Below the pieces are notes generated by a model. It saw only the letters and a list, made by a program, of their open reading frames with translations. It was not told where the DNA came from and made no database searches. The position numbers were made by a program, and so were the translations under genes. DNA of 64,000 bases from the NCBI GenBank assembly GCA_964234715.1, contig OZ174284.1; one strand, 5' to 3'. Below, one piece after another: positions 38,047-51,936 of this stretch (position 1 is its first letter; the number at the start of each line of letters is the position of its first letter). The stretch is from Podarcis melisellensis. Lineage: Eukaryota.

Positions 38047-38119
38047 GTTGTTGTTGTTTAGTCGTGTCCAACTCTTCGTGACCCCATAGACCAGAGCACG
38101 CCAGGCACTCCTGTCTTCC
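38047..38119 (-). mobile_element. BovB (RTE) LINE 3' tip
   Basis: Encodes EDRSAWRALVYGVTKSWTRLN with a (CAA)n tail; flanked by direct repeat cagaacatgt. Confidence 0.85.
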
Positions 38120-38319
38120 CAGAACATGTACACATGGCCTAATGGCACACAATGTATGTGCAACCTTTCAGACATTACTAGTGCAAGTTTAGAGCAAGGC
38201 ACATTCAAAGTATGCTGGTAATTTCATTCTAAGATTTAAGAGAGAAAGCCATGGTTCACTTCATTAACAGCAGAGAGTTCTGTTTATTAGGAGGAACCCG
38301 CTACTATGTTTGTTTGTTT

Positions 38320-38390
38320 TTAGAACCATAGAGCTGTAGAGTTGGAAGGGACCCTGAAAGCCATCTAGTCCAACCCCCTGCAATGCGGGA
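38320..38390 (-). mobile_element. CR1 3' terminal fragment
   Basis: tagaaccatagagctgtagagttggaagggaccc...ccatctagtccaacccc is the reverse complement of the CR1 tail. Confidence 0.7.
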
Positions 38391-39659
38391 ATTTCAACAA
38401 GCAATCCCCCAATTTGAAACCTTACTGGACCCTGCTTAGCTTTGCAAATGTGCTAGCAGTTTTATTGCTGCAGCAATAGGACAATTTAGGTGACAGTTTA
38501 GGTGACCCCAATAATAATAAAGGATACTGTCATACTGTCACTTTTAGATTGTTTCTAAAGAACCAGTTTATTGCATTCTTTCACTAAGCAATAAACTGTG
38601 ACTTTGTGCTGGAGTGTCCTTCTGCGAAGCTCCATATACCAATTGTGTTTCACAGTCAATAGAATCAGCTGAAGTCGAAGTTGCCATTACAATACAAGTC
38701 ATCAGCGGATACATTTGTCTTGGCTGACAAGTGTTGCTTTCAAGGAAAGCTGTAGCCAGGATAACATTACAGTTGCTGTTATGTTATTGAAGTAGCTGAG
38801 AACAGGTCCTTAGAACAGAACGGAGTCAGACAACGTGTGCAATTTATGAGCAGGCTGCTGTTCTCCCAGCACATACAGGCATGTCAGCCAGAGTGTACCC
38901 ACACCACATCTTGGCAACCACATACTGTTAAAGAGGGCACCATTCTTAACATGCGCAAAGATCTCTTCCCAGATTGGGAGCAGGTCAGCCTGCCAAAAAT
39001 TGTGGATCGAATGTCCCTAATTGTACTGAGATCACAAAAACTAGACAAAGCTTCCTGCCAATTTCCGAAGTAGGAAGCTTAGAAAGCAGATCTTGTAACT
39101 GCAGAAGTCACTAAGTAATCAAACCTAGAAGCCTGTGGAAGCAACTAAGAACAACCATTCAGAGTACAAATAAGCAGTTCTGTTCATGCTGCAAGCTCCG
39201 CCAAGTTAGTGGCAAATGAGCCACTCCCAGGATCAGGGCTATTGTGGATAGTCTAACTGATCAGCACTGGGAAACAAGACTTGATACATATGGAAAACCT
39301 GTTAGGCAAGGAATATTGGTCAGACTTACAAAGAAGCAAGGGAAGACTATTCACCTGACAGAGTTCAGCTGAGAGGTGAAGGGATAAAAGGAAAGGAAAG
39401 GGAGCCAAGACCACATACACCCACCCAGAGGCTTTAGTGATTCTTTGGAGAACAAAAAGGGTGCAAGTTTAGGAAAGTGAAGATATGAACCCTCATTTAT
39501 AATCTATGGTGCAATCAGGAATGCAATTCCAGCAGAAAATAGCAATGGGTTGAAACTCTCCCAAAATAAAAGTTATCACTAGAAGAGATCAACAAAAAGT
39601 TTGTGTCTTCCCTCACAGCTTCCCATGCCTCTTACGGAGATCCATCTGACTATGTAACC

Positions 39660-39778
39660 CAGGCATAGGCAAACTCGGGACTACAACTCCCATCATCCCT
39701 AGCTAACAGGACCAGTGGTCAGGGATGATGGAAATTGTAGTCTCAAAACATCTGGAGGGCTGAGTTTGCCTATGCCTG
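39660..39778. mobile_element. Palindromic hAT MITE
   Basis: TIR CAGGCATAGGCAAACT; 8-bp TSD atgtaacc / atgcaacc. Confidence 0.85.
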
Positions 39779-40290
39779 ATGCAACCAATCTCCATTAAGG
39801 AAAACCTCTACAACAACCTTCATTAGCCTCCAGATATTTTGGACAGCAATTCTCATCACCCCCAGTCAGCACAGCCACTGTCTCTGCAAGTCTATCATAT
39901 ATAATTGACAATGTTGTTCAAATAACGCCACAGATTTTCTGGTCCAACCAATTCTTCAAACTTCAGCAAGAGCAAATATAGTATAATGATCTCAGAGCTA
40001 CTAAGCTACCTTGCTGAGAGATGTAACTAGCTCAGGCATGGAAGCACTACAGAGGCAGGTGCCTAAGGGAGCCCATATGACAGGTTACAGTTTCTACCAC
40101 ACAGCCCTTGGGCCACAATTAAGCCCTAATTGTTGCTACTCTCTCTATCCCCAAGCCGTTTTCTTTTGACTACACGAGGCAGACATGATGATATCATCCT
40201 ATGATCCCTTTATTTGTCAGAACTATTCTGCAAAGTGCAAATGGGAACCAACTTTAGAAATATCATGTAACTGGCATTTATAACAAGTAG

Positions 40291-40689
40291 AAGGTAAAGG
40301 TAAAAAAGGTAAGGTAAAGGACCCATGGATGGTTAAGTCCAGTCAAAGTTGACTATGAGGTGTGGCTCTCATATCGCTTTTCCGGCCGAGGGAGCCAGTG
40401 TTTGTCCACAAACAGCTTTCCGGGTCATGTGGCCAGCATGACTAAACCACTTCTGGCCCAACGGGGCACTGTGACAAAGTCAGAATGCATGGAAATGGTG
40501 TTTACCTTCCTGCTGCAACAGTACCTATTTATCTACTTGCACTGGTGTGCTTTTGAACTGCTAGGTTGGCAGGTGCTGGGACAGAGCAACGGGAGCTCTG
40601 TCCACTGTCATGTGGATTCAAACCACTGACTTTTCAATCAGCGAGCGCAAGAAGCTCAGTGATTTAGACCACAGTGCCACCCACATCCC
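40291..40689 (-). mobile_element. Sauria SINE, full length, diverged
   Basis: Head at 40689 and (ACCTTT)n tail at 40291; 11-bp TSD ataacaagtag (40280-40290 and 40694-40704). Confidence 0.9.
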
Positions 40690-43600
40690 TTGAATAACAA
40701 GTAGGATAGAAATTTGAAAAGTATGGAGAGGATTCACTGACCACTTTACCCCATTGAAGTTGATAGTATAAATTGCTAACATTTCAACCCTACCCCAGAA
40801 CTCCTCCTCTTGATATTGGACCTCCTGTATAAAAAGAAAGCTGCAGGTATATTATTTTAAAATTACATACAATAATTATTACCTGGTATCTAAATTCTTA
40901 ACTTGGCTTTTTCTATTGAGGGGGAAGAGAGACATGGGACCCCTGTTTTGGAATGTTATTTGATTAGGGGTTCAGAAAACACTTGGATTTTCTGCTGAAA
41001 ATTGTCCCCCCCCCTTTGGTTGTCTTCCTCACATGTCTGAAAGAAGCCAAGTACGGAATGTTTTTCAGCAGTATGAGCCCCTGCTCTGGTCAATAGCCTA
41101 TTTCCTATTGGGGTGTCATGACTGCTCCCCCCCACACACACACACATAATAAAATTGGCCAGGTGAAACACACTTATTTAAACATGTGCAGTTTGGCCCT
41201 GAGGCCCTTGGAAAATTAAAAAAATCACAACATTTTGCTACTGTAAATATTTCAGGGGTCATGCATATGCTTAGCATAGAAAGACCCACATGAAATTATT
41301 GGCATGGAAAATATCTGTGCCTGTAACCTTAGGGAGCCATTGCCCTTCCTGATGGACAGAATGGGGCTACAAAATGATCTACTGGTCTGTTGAGATAGGA
41401 GACTTCCTCATATTTCATCACATCTCCTTCCCTTTTAGAAAGAAATCAACATACTCACAACCCCCGCTATACTTCTTCCTGTTACTACTACTGTGAAGCC
41501 ACTATAACAACTGATAAACAGAGACTGGTGACACAGATAGGAAGCCAAAATATTTGCAACTGGAAAGACTTGTTTTAAACTAAGAGAGAGAGAAATCTTA
41601 ACATACAACCATAGCCAAGAGATAGTCAAATGTATCCTGAATTTCAAACTATCCTATGTTTTTTAAAAGTCAGGACTTTGGGGTGGTTGCCATGTAATGC
41701 CAAACCAGGTGCTGCACATATTTGTCATAAGCTACCGCACTCACTCTCCCACTTCCTCTACACATGCTGCTTTACTGACTTCCTTTTGCTTTTGTGTTCA
41801 AGCCCTCCAAATTAAGATGTATATGCTTGAATTCTGGTTTGCAATCCTCATTTGAGAGGTTTGTGCAAGCCCTAGTTTGGATGAAACAGAAAACAATGTT
41901 TTCTATGAAAGAAATTCATTAAAGCACAGCATACGAGAAAAGGGTAAGGAGAGACTATGCAATCAATGGGCTCATAATATTACTGTACATCAAACCACGG
42001 TTTGGCATCTCATGTGAACCAACCATAAAAGAAAAATGGGGGGGGGGGGAGAACAGACACGTTTAAACATTCATGTCTGGCTGTAAGCATTCATATTTTG
42101 AACACTGATAAATCGCAACCTACTCTGTCAAATTTATGATGTCAAGGTTCCCCCCCTTCCATTTATTTACATAGAAAAAACAGGCTTAAACTTATGTATG
42201 AGAGAGATGGGTATGTACTAGAGTTATCTCTTAAATGTGCTTGTTTGTATTACATTCTGATACTATTTCAAGCAAAACTGTTTCACGGGATATACAGCTG
42301 ATTTCTTAATTAAGCAGATAAGACCAATAGTGGGTCCAACAGTCAAGAAGGCTATTTCTGCAAATGCTGTGTAGAAGGAAGTGAGGGGCAGATGGGGCTC
42401 ATCAACCTGGGAAGGTAGCCCATCTAGGAGAAGGAAAACTCTGATCCTAAACCTCCACTGCCTTGTGGGATATTCTTTGGGAGACAAAAAGGCTAAGGAG
42501 TAAACCCTACACAAAGGGGAATCCCTAAGACCGTTGAATGGTGCCTTGTATGCCTCCTTCCAGCAACTCCTGCAGCCAAGCTGGTGCCAAATTTCTGGCT
42601 CTGCTTTCCTTTGGACCACATCAGTGGGGCCAAGGGGGGGTCTTCTTGTTTGGGCAGCTCAGGACCCCCACCCACCCACTGCCCAAGCCTGTGCTCCAGC
42701 AGGTCATTTTGGTAGGCTAACACAGCTGTAAATGCCAACAACAGCACTTCCCTGAGAAGATGTGGACAGCAATTATCTCTTAAACATCTCGCTTCATTTC
42801 CAAAGGCTATACCAGAGTTGAAAACATCTCAGGCACAAGAAAAGACAAGGATCGATTATCAACATCTAGGAATTTACAAGAACAGAGGTTAGCACCTAAA
42901 AATGTAAAGTGGAATGCTAGGAATTTGAATTTTTTCTAGAACAGGTTTCTTCGTACATCTCTCTTCTGAATCCTCTTGTTTTTCCATGTCTTTCCTCAAA
43001 GGTTTCCCCAGAGGCTGACTGCTACTGTGTGGATAAGACAGCCCATGACTGCCTTGCAGAAGCAGTAACCAGATTGCTTACAGTTGTTGCTGGAACACGG
43101 CTGCACAAGAAGCATTATGTGCAAAGGGAGAGAGAAACTTGCCAGTAAGATAACAGGACTAAAGGGCAGTTCATACTTTATGTAGCAAATATGGTTTCTG
43201 CCAGTACACCAGAGTTACATAAGTGTGAAAGAAAAATATCCACATGCATCTTTAAACATCCACATTCACAGACGTAGCAATCCTGGCCCAATCAGAGTTC
43301 CCACATGGACATGTATAAGAGCATGTACACAGCTGTATATGTTCAAGTGGTTGTGTTTTTACACTTGTAGATTGTGTATTTACACTTGTGAATTACACAA
43401 CAATGTTTGCCGTGTAAAGCCTTAAGCTACTCTCACACTACCTAAGCAAGGCAAAAGTAACAGTTATGGGTTGGTTGTAACAGAATACAATGGTACCAGA
43501 CAATAATGAAAAATCTGCTTCTTCGGTCAAATTGTCTTGTACAACCAAAACCATCTCAATTTAAATACCCGATACAAAGCTTTACAAGAAAAAAAGTAAT

Positions 43601-46600
43601 GAAACCAATTTGTCACCCTTGATGTTTAATAACCTATAATTTACAAATTCTTTCCTGATCTCAGCAGCTTGTAGAACACATTGTGCAATGTTAAGAGTAA
43701 CGTCTGACGTTATCTGCTACTGAAAATATCAGGTTTCTATTTTCCACTTGCTATAAGAAATCTAGTTTTTTTTTCCTTTAACACACTTCTTTTCAGATAG
43801 TTCTTTCAAGCACTCTGATTCTGAAGAGCTACACCTCAAGTCAAGCATTTTTTTTCCTAGCAAACAAAATATTTTCCCAATCTGTATAAACACATGAAGT
43901 TAGGAGTGCCGGAAATGTGCAAAGGTGAATCAAGTGGGTACATGTAATTTAAAACACTGAGCAATGTTTCCCAATAGTGAGGTACTATACAAAGTAACCT
44001 TACAAGAAATATGTTGAAAGGCTAACTATTTTGAGTCGTGCTAAAAATAGAGAGGAAAAAGGAATCATATTGACTTTTAAAAGGTGGGACAGGAAGGACT
44101 TTGCAGTAAGTTCCCCAACTTTTAAGACAGCTATTTTTAGTATGCATTAAATCGAGAACATTGCTGGAAAAACGGCAGGTATAAAAAGTAGAAACCTAGA
44201 AGGCAAATACATTGACAGTCAAATTCAAATGAGATGCCTGAATAAGGACCCTTAATCACAGGCCAAAGACATTTCCATCTGGTTCTCATTCCAGGAAGCT
44301 ACATTGCAATCAACAGTCTTAATATTCAGGATGCTTCCATACACACAAAATCCTTGCCAGTCAGAAGAGGTGGCAGAACCAGCATGAGAGACCACCTGAG
44401 GGCTATGCAGTCCATTTTCCAATTGCAGTGCTTCCTAAGGTGAAAGTTACCTACGGTACTTTCCTATAGGACACTGCCATACTGTCTCAAACCAGTATTC
44501 CAAATAGCAGCAACTCTCCAAGGTCTCAGGCAAGGGGTTCTCCTAGCAATACTTTGGGAGAGTAAATAAATGACCTTCTGCATGCAAAGCATGTATTCTC
44601 CTCTGAACTGTGCCCCCTTCTTATGCTTCCAACTGTGCACTACAACAGCAAAACAAGAGAAGTGGAACCTAATATTTTGATAAGCCTGGAGCCAGCATTA
44701 CTTAAAATAATGGTTACTATTCCTCAGTGTCATATTGCAATGAAGAAGAGTACAGTAACCTTTTTGGGTAAATATTTAGGATTTTTTTCACACATGCCAA
44801 CACAGCTACTTCTACTTTTTGAAGCTCTTAAGCAACTGTAAATAGTACAAATAGCAGAATACTTTTGATGCAGACATTCTGCAAATCTGTAGTGTCCAGT
44901 AGCTTTTAAATAACATCCCTTTATTTACATTTTAGGGAAGTACACTAGACTACTCAGCTGAAAAATACCTGCAGAACACTAGCTTCTCACTATTGCAGAC
45001 AGTAGGTTCTTGAATCATGGAAAACTATGGCCATTTGACTCAATAAACCTGTCTTAACACCAACTACCTACTCCACTATTACTCCCCTCTTTCTTGACAA
45101 GATACTTGAGCAGATGGTCATTCTTCTATCATTTTGCTGTGTCCTTGCCAGTTCAGTTTCTGACCTGGATATAGCACCAAGAGGGCATTAGGGTGCTGAC
45201 AATCTTCTGACAACAAGAATTGTACTATCAGATCTTTCTGCAGCTTTCATAGTTGCTGAACATACAGTAAATTCCTGTGAAGCTGGCTACAGAATATTTT
45301 TAAGTTCCTTCCTCTTCCATGAGTTGGATAATTAAGTTTTAATGGGTTTTTGTCAGGACCAGCCCCAATATATTTTGGCACCTGAGCAGCACCCCTAAAT
45401 TATGTAGATTTTCCCTTGCAGACAGGGGGACATCAGGAACATGGGGAGAAGACTGGCATCGGGATCTGCTGACCCTGTGGATCCTGCCGCCTAAAGTAGT
45501 CACCTCATCTTGCCTCATGGGTGAGGTAAGTAAATGTTTCGGATCAGAATGACAAATGCCATCATCATACACTGAGCTATAAACTCAAAACATTACAGAT
45601 AGCAACTACCAAGTGAAACCAAGAGACAGAAACTGCTTTCTATTTGTCACACACCTCCTATACCAAATTAAGGCAAGCTTCACCATGATCCAGGTCACAC
45701 TGCAAAGTGTTTGTCTCCAAAATGACAAACCTACAGGGGAAAAAATGATTCCTGTGTATAACTTCCTTTTCCTTAACACTCTCCAGCCCCAGGCACCTAC
45801 ACACATTCTTTTGCCACATATCCACTGGCTACACTGATAATTTACATAGATGTGAAAACCACCTGCCAAGTAAGGCACATGAATGAACTTAAATCAGCAC
45901 CTTCCAGATTTCAGTGATATGTACTGTACTCCGATCAGGGGCTTCCAGACACTGCGATGCGGGACGGGCAGCCTTCAGACTTGCTGGGTCCACTTTGTTG
46001 TTGTTGTTTTTACTACAGCCCCAAGTCCCAACCAACTAGAGCCAGATACAAAAGAATTCTGAGACCGGGGATTTGTTCCAATCGCTGAGAGAACCTACCA
46101 GTTAGACCCATATCTATCTTCTGCCCAGCCCTGACCCGGGCCACACCTTAAGTAATGAATTCCGATATGCAGGTAACACTCACTCAATTCACTCTGCTGG
46201 CACAGGCTGGCTAACTGTGCTCAGAAATAAGCCCCCTCCCCACCCACCCCTAAACTCAAGGATGCTTAGGATCCCAGGTAGCTGTGCACACTGGGCTGCA
46301 ATCCCGAACTTAGCAGCGCTTGCATAGCGGGCCTTGCTCGCGAGGAAGCACCGCGGGGGGGGGGGAGGTTATCCCACGGGAATCCTGTCAAAAGTCCACA
46401 GCGCGCGCATCCCTCTGAGGAACCTTTCGCCCTCTCTTGAACAGTGAATTTGGGGAGGGGGGAGGAGAGCCATAGCGGGGTGAGGAGCGTGAAAACAACC
46501 ATGGCTGTCGCCACGCATCTTGCGCGACACCTGCCAGCCCATCCAGCCAGGCTTATCCCGCCCTCCAGGCACTTCGCGGTGAAGGGGTGGCGACAGCCCT

Positions 46601-46702
46601 CTTTCCCCGCGGCGAGGGGGCATCACGGGCGGCGGCGGCAGCGGCGCCTCGGCCCCAGCGCAGGCCGGGCGCGCCTTCCTTCCCCTCCCCGCGCGCACTC
46701 AC

Positions 46703-46787
46703 CGTCGATGTCGCCCAGCGTGAGCTCGTCGCCGAGCTCCGTCAGGGTCTCCATGGTCTCCATGCTGCTCAGCTCGCCGCTCTCCAT
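46703..46787 (-). CDS. SREBF2: SREBF2 exon 1 (coding part)
   Basis: MESGELSSMETMETLTELGDELTLGDID, then G|GTGAG donor; lies in the CpG island. Confidence 0.96.
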
Positions 46788-47014
46788 CGCCGGCGAGGCG
46801 CAACCGGCTCCTCCGCCGCCGCCCGCGAGTCAGCAGCCCGTCCCAGGGAGCGGCCGGGGTGACACCCAGCGCGTTAACCCCTTCCCGGCCGGGCGGCGCT
46901 GCCTCAGCTCCGGCTCCCGAGGCTCCCGGCCCCGTGCGGCGGCGCCATCTTGGCCGAGCCTCCGCCTACTCCGCCCATCCACCTGCGAGGAGCCACCGCT
47001 GCGGCCTGGGCTTG

Positions 47015-47074
47015 TTGTCAATGAGACCAGGTCCCCGCCGGCCAATCAGCGGGCAGAGCGGCTCGTGGTGTGAT
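47015..47074 (-). promoter_or_regulatory. Sterol regulatory element (ATCACACCAC) with inverted CCAAT (NF-Y) box
   Basis: Gene strand reads ATCACACCAC (47074..47065), ATTGG (47046..47042), then CATTGACAA. Fits the SREBP consensus ATCACnCCAC and the known SRE + NF-Y layout of SREBF2 promoters. Confidence 0.8.
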
Positions 47075-47761
47075 GGCGCGTCAGCGATCAGCAGCTTTCG
47101 TTAGCGTGCGGCCGGGCAATCCCCTCCCGGGCGGCCCGCCTCTCTGGATTTGAATATGCATAAGGAGGCGGAGATCTAACCCGTGTTCGGGTTTGAACTT
47201 GAAAGTGACAGGGCGCCCCTCCGTCCCTCCAGCAGAGGAACGGGATCGCCGCCGTACTAGACTGTGACACCGTGCGCCGCACAAGCAAACCAAAAACGAA
47301 GTGTGTTGGTCCCGTAGCGAGAAGTCCTAACATCCAGAGTCAGGCAATACCTTTATAATGAACGGTCAAAATGCCAAAATAAGGAGCAAGCTTTCGAGTT
47401 ATCCAGGTCTCTTCGTCGGTCTGGGTGTAGTGGGGCGGGAAGTCTGCATTTGATCATTGCAGTTCGAAATGGATGATTTACTTACCTCCTTTGCACAAAC
47501 TTTTTGAATAAATCGTGGCAGTCAAAACTCAACCCTCAGGATTGAGCATTGACAGGTTTGGTCAAGTGGCTCTAGGCTTACTTTTCCGAATAGAATTCTG
47601 CATAAGTAATAAAATCAACTTCACCACAGGTTTCAGCTTGAGAAGAGAAGTCAAGTCTTTCTAGACCATGATGGGTCTTTATGGGGATGCAATGCCATAC
47701 TGGGTGCTCTATTTGTTAGATATGACAAATTGCTCGCTACTGCAGCTGGTGCTATTAGACA

Positions 47762-48022
47762 CTGCGCTCCAATTGGAGAATAGCCTTTACCAAAGATGTC
47801 ATGGACTTTGAAGAAGCACGAACTCAGGACGCAAGGGAGAAATGAGCTAAGAGGAAGACACATTTGGCAAACCCTCACCGTGATCAACTCCTGCCCAGAA
47901 ACCCATGTCCCCACTGTGGAAGGACGTGTGGATCCAGAATGGGCCTCCACAGTCACTTACAGACTTACTGTTAAGACTGTGTTCATGGAAGGCAATCTTA
48001 CTTGGCTACGAGTGATCGCCAA
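47762..48022 (+). mobile_element. RTE-clade LINE 3' fragment
   Basis: Remnant RSNWRIAFTK...CPHCGRTCGSR.GLHSHL (C2H2-like tail), ending ggctacgagtgatcgccaa. Confidence 0.7.
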
Positions 48023-49530
48023 ATCTTTACATGTGCACTTTCCCAGCCCGTTAAAAAAAAGCATCTTGAGCAAGGTATTTTGTATGGCACCTAATATTTC
48101 CATCTCATTTTTTCCTCAGTATTCTAAGGATTTAAATCTTATTTAAGCATCCATTCAAAGACACTTCACATGTTATATTTGTCAATGGTATGGTCTCTTT
48201 CAGTTGTTTATATATGCATATCAGTGTTATAACGTTCTGTGCCAAGGCCAGGAATACAGTGTTCTTCCTATGCACAAACACTTTTAAAACAAACATCACA
48301 AAACACATGCATTATCCAGAAATGATCCATGATTGCGTGTTTCTCCAAGGTTACAGGAAGCAGCTGAGGAGTGTCACTGTGAAAACAGCTCCTGACCTTT
48401 CCTGTCGGCACTGATAGGAGGGGATTGCCTGTTTTTTTTTCTAGAACTCAAAGATAAGTGTTAAGTCCTACAATGCACAAAATCTTATTCTGTGGTTCTG
48501 CATCTGTTGCCTCTCTCCCACTTCCACCATTGCTTCTCAATCAATTATCCAAATAAATAGTGCCATACTTTCACTGGATTATTCAAGAGGTGGCAGTGCA
48601 GGTTAACTAGGGATTGAAAGTAATAAATGGAGCATGTTCACGTTCTCAGATGTGGCTTCAAGAAGAAAAGTTGATGCCAACACTTCACCAAGCACCAGTG
48701 GATTAAGTTTCTTCTTGTATCTGCTTAGCAGTGCTGCATTAGTTTTACAGAGTCAACAGGATACAAAAAGTTGTGTTTGATGTGAGAAGCAGCGGCACAG
48801 AGCCATACTGAAGATAAAAAACCAATGATACTGACCATATCTAATACCCTTGAATGATTAATTCATGGATGTTCCATCCCCATATATTACACAACATTAA
48901 AGCTCATGTGTTTTGGACAGCATCCTTGGCCTTTCAGATTAAAGGAAGTGGGCAAGATGGAATTCAAGAACGCTTGCCACAAGTTTTGAGTGTTCAGTTA
49001 ATATATTAGTGAGCAAAGATAAAAACAAAAAGGTGGCTAACTGAAGAAAGTTTCCCTAAATTAGAATTTCTGTCACTATTCTATGTCCTAGGGTAAATTT
49101 CCATGCAAAATAGCTTTAGTTTCCTCCTTGTTTCATATGGTGTAAAGTTTACAGTGTAATCCGAGGGCATTTTTGGTGGACACACACACACACATCCCTT
49201 ATATTCTTATGTTCTGTGTTCAATCCACAGCATCTTCAGGCAGGACTGGGAGAGACTGCCTGAAATCCTACAAAGCTACTTCCAGTCAGTGTGGACAATA
49301 CTGAGCTAGATGGTATAAAGCAGCTTTCTGTAAACTTTAGGATTGGGCAATGTTAGAGAGAAATGATCAGCTCTGGGTATTTCTTGCAGGTGTTTGATGT
49401 TGCAAACTAATTAGAAAACCATCTCTAGAAATGCTACATGTATTTGGAACTGAAAAACCTGCTGCTTCATCTCCAGCCAAGAAAACATTGAAACAGTCCT
49501 ACTTTTACGTCACACGTTAAAGAGAGTCTG

Positions 49531-49776
49531 TCTTTTCTTCTTTGGCGATCACTCATAGCCGAGTAAGATTGTCTTCCATAAACACGGTTTTAACAATGAG
49601 TCCGTAAGTGACCGTGGAGGCCAATTCGGGATCCACACGTCCTTCCACAGTGGGGACATTGGTTTCCGGGCGGGAATTGATCACGGTGTGGATTTGCCAA
49701 GCGTGCCTTCCTCTTAGCACGTTTCTCCCTTCCTCTTAGCACGTTTCTCCCTTGCATCCTGAGTTTGAGTGTCTTC
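49531..49776 (-). mobile_element. RTE-clade LINE 3' fragment (same family, opposite strand)
   Basis: Encodes ...NQCPHCGRTCGSRIGLHGHLRTHC with a (GAA)-type tail; internal 22-bp tandem duplication at 49706-49749. Confidence 0.75.
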
Positions 49777-49871
49777 ACTGACAATCGTAAAAAGTATTTC
49801 CCATGCTATCAAGAACCATGCCTCACAAGCCAGTGACAAATGTTTGCATATTTTTTTTTACAATTTTCTGT

Positions 49872-49877
49872 TTTATT
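49872..49877 (-). terminator. Candidate poly(A) signal of CCDC134
   Basis: AATAAA about 1.9 kb after the stop, preceded by a U/GU-rich tract. Confidence 0.5.
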
Positions 49878-51789
49878 CAAGAAAAACAAAGTCCATTTAA
49901 ATACATATCCAAAACCAAAGCAAATGTAATTTTGATAATAAAAGTCATCACCATCTCTAACCTTGTAAAACAGCCCAAAGGCAGCAAGTCAAACTGAAAT
50001 GCCCCCTAAAAAAACCACAACCCTCCTTTCCCACAAAACAATCCACCACTGGCAAGATTGGTCCAAACCAACCTTGACAAGTAGTGTGCCAAGTTATAGC
50101 GCTACTCATGACAGTGAGGGGCCATCACACTTAGGGGAAATACAATACTCCAGTTAATCAGTGTTTGGAGATAATCTTGCTGGTGTAAATCTATCCCAGT
50201 CTTGAACAAGAGCTACCCATTGTGGCAAACTGCACAGTGACTTCATGCTGAATGCCTGCAGTATACAGGCCTACAAGTCAGCAGGCCAGGGAGAAATCGG
50301 TAGTAGGAATTAAAAGGGAACACTGACCATACTGTGGGCAAGGCTGGCTGGCCTTTACTATGAGAGCAAGTACAGTACAGCTGGAATCCAAAACGAACTT
50401 AGCTCCAGGTCCAAAGCTAAATGGAATGCTTGAAAAAGTCAAGAAAAAAGGCAGCTTGTTCCTGTGGAGCAATAAGGCAGTAGACTGGGTGGGAAGGACA
50501 ATTCCCTCAAAATTTCACTGACCATGTAATAAAGACACAATCGATAGGCAAGCAGAGAAGAAGAACTGAGAGAACAAAATCTACACTGTCAGACTGTCTG
50601 CTTTTCCGCAGAGTAAGAACAGTGGCAAGTGAATATCTCATTTTGGCATTTCAAATTAAAGGTCATCACCAAGATTGCAACGGCACCATTAACTGCGGGA
50701 TGGGGATGTACTGAAAGAGTCAAGAGTCAGCAATTATGGACACAGCAGTTCCACTCTGTACCCACTGGACAATAGGAGCTGAAGAAATTTACATAATCAC
50801 TTCTCTCTAGCTCTTCTAGTGCCTCACAAAGATGAGCAGATAAGTTCCCTTCGCCATAAAGAAGGGGAATGAAATCTCCCATCTCCTTGAATGTTTCAGT
50901 AATTTCCCATTGTGCACCGTTGATGACAAACAATAAATGTGTTATGTCTTGAAAGTGCCACAAAAGTCTTTGTTCTTTTTGTTGCAGCAGACCAGTACAA
51001 TATGGCAAAATTGTCAAGTGCAAATGCTCGTTGATGACGACCCGACCGTGCTGTTCATCTTCTCAAGCCAAAATTGACCACATTAATTCCCGTCCTCCTC
51101 CTCTTTTATGAGAAAAATGGTTTAACAGCCTTGTGGGAAAAGAGGAAGACTTTGACACCATAGAACCAGAAAGGAGTGTGGATTATTACGGCATTTTAAT
51201 AACAGCACCTCTTTGACGTATCCTAGGTACATTCAAAAGGAGTACTCTGTCAGTGCATGAATAATCCCAAGGAATCGATGTCCTTAACCCATAACCCTTA
51301 GAACCCTTAACTTTTTGAAGGTGATTCTGCTGCCCCCCTCAAGTTAATCTTGCAACTCTGTGTTGCCTTACCCTTCTGACTGCACAACAATTCACAACCT
51401 CTGGTGTTATGAACTGCAGAGGTGGCATGAGCCAGAGAACTTCCCTTTCGCCGCCCCTCTCCCTAACAAACTGGCAAAAGCCACATGAAACAAAAATACA
51501 CAGAGACATGAGGAACAGCCTCTGACAAACTCTGTACATTCCAGTTACTCGAAAAAGCCTTCCCATAAGGGAAGATGTGCTCAAAGACCGCAATCTCTGC
51601 CTGGGGCGCTTCCTACAGCTCAATCCAGTCGTTAGCCAACGTCTTGCTGAAAGAAGAAACAAACTTCCAAAACCTTACAAAACAAAACCGCAACATCCTG
51701 GCGTTTTCCTGAGGTCACCAAGGGACTGGGATGCGCCTGTCCCAGCAGCTTCCATCTCCCGCCCAGGGCAAGTCACGGTGACAGGAGCA

Positions 51790-51936
<147 letters not shown>

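Larger units (their letters stand above)
14624..46787 (-). other. SREBF2: SREBF2 gene span (start codon to stop), 19 coding exons, 3357 nt CDS, 1118 aa
   Basis: Exons assembled by hand with GT-AG boundaries and matching phases. Motifs seen: bHLH-Zip with the SREBP-specific Tyr ([14 protein letters not shown]), DEPDS caspase site, DRSR/NP S2P determinants, RSIL S1P site, two TM helices and the C-terminal regulatory domain. Confidence 0.98.
46300..47300. promoter_or_regulatory. CpG island / SREBF2 promoter and exon 1
   Basis: Sharp rise in GC and CpG density around exon 1. YY1-like CGCCATCTT near 46943-46951. GC boxes present. Confidence 0.9.

Noticed and set aside
42320-42750. Probable LINE 5'-region fragment with overlapping short ORFs
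   Set aside because: Looks repetitive, but I could not assign family or boundaries with confidence.
46444-47073. 209-aa plus-strand ORF and other overlapping ORFs at the SREBF2 promoter
   Set aside because: Low-complexity R/P/S/A-rich frames expected in a GC-rich CpG island, antisense to exon 1, with no recognisable domain.
49590-49784. C2H2 zinc-finger mini-ORF (CPHCGRTC..H..H)
   Set aside because: It is the C-terminus of an RTE-clade LINE; a second decayed copy lies at 47.8-48.0 kb.
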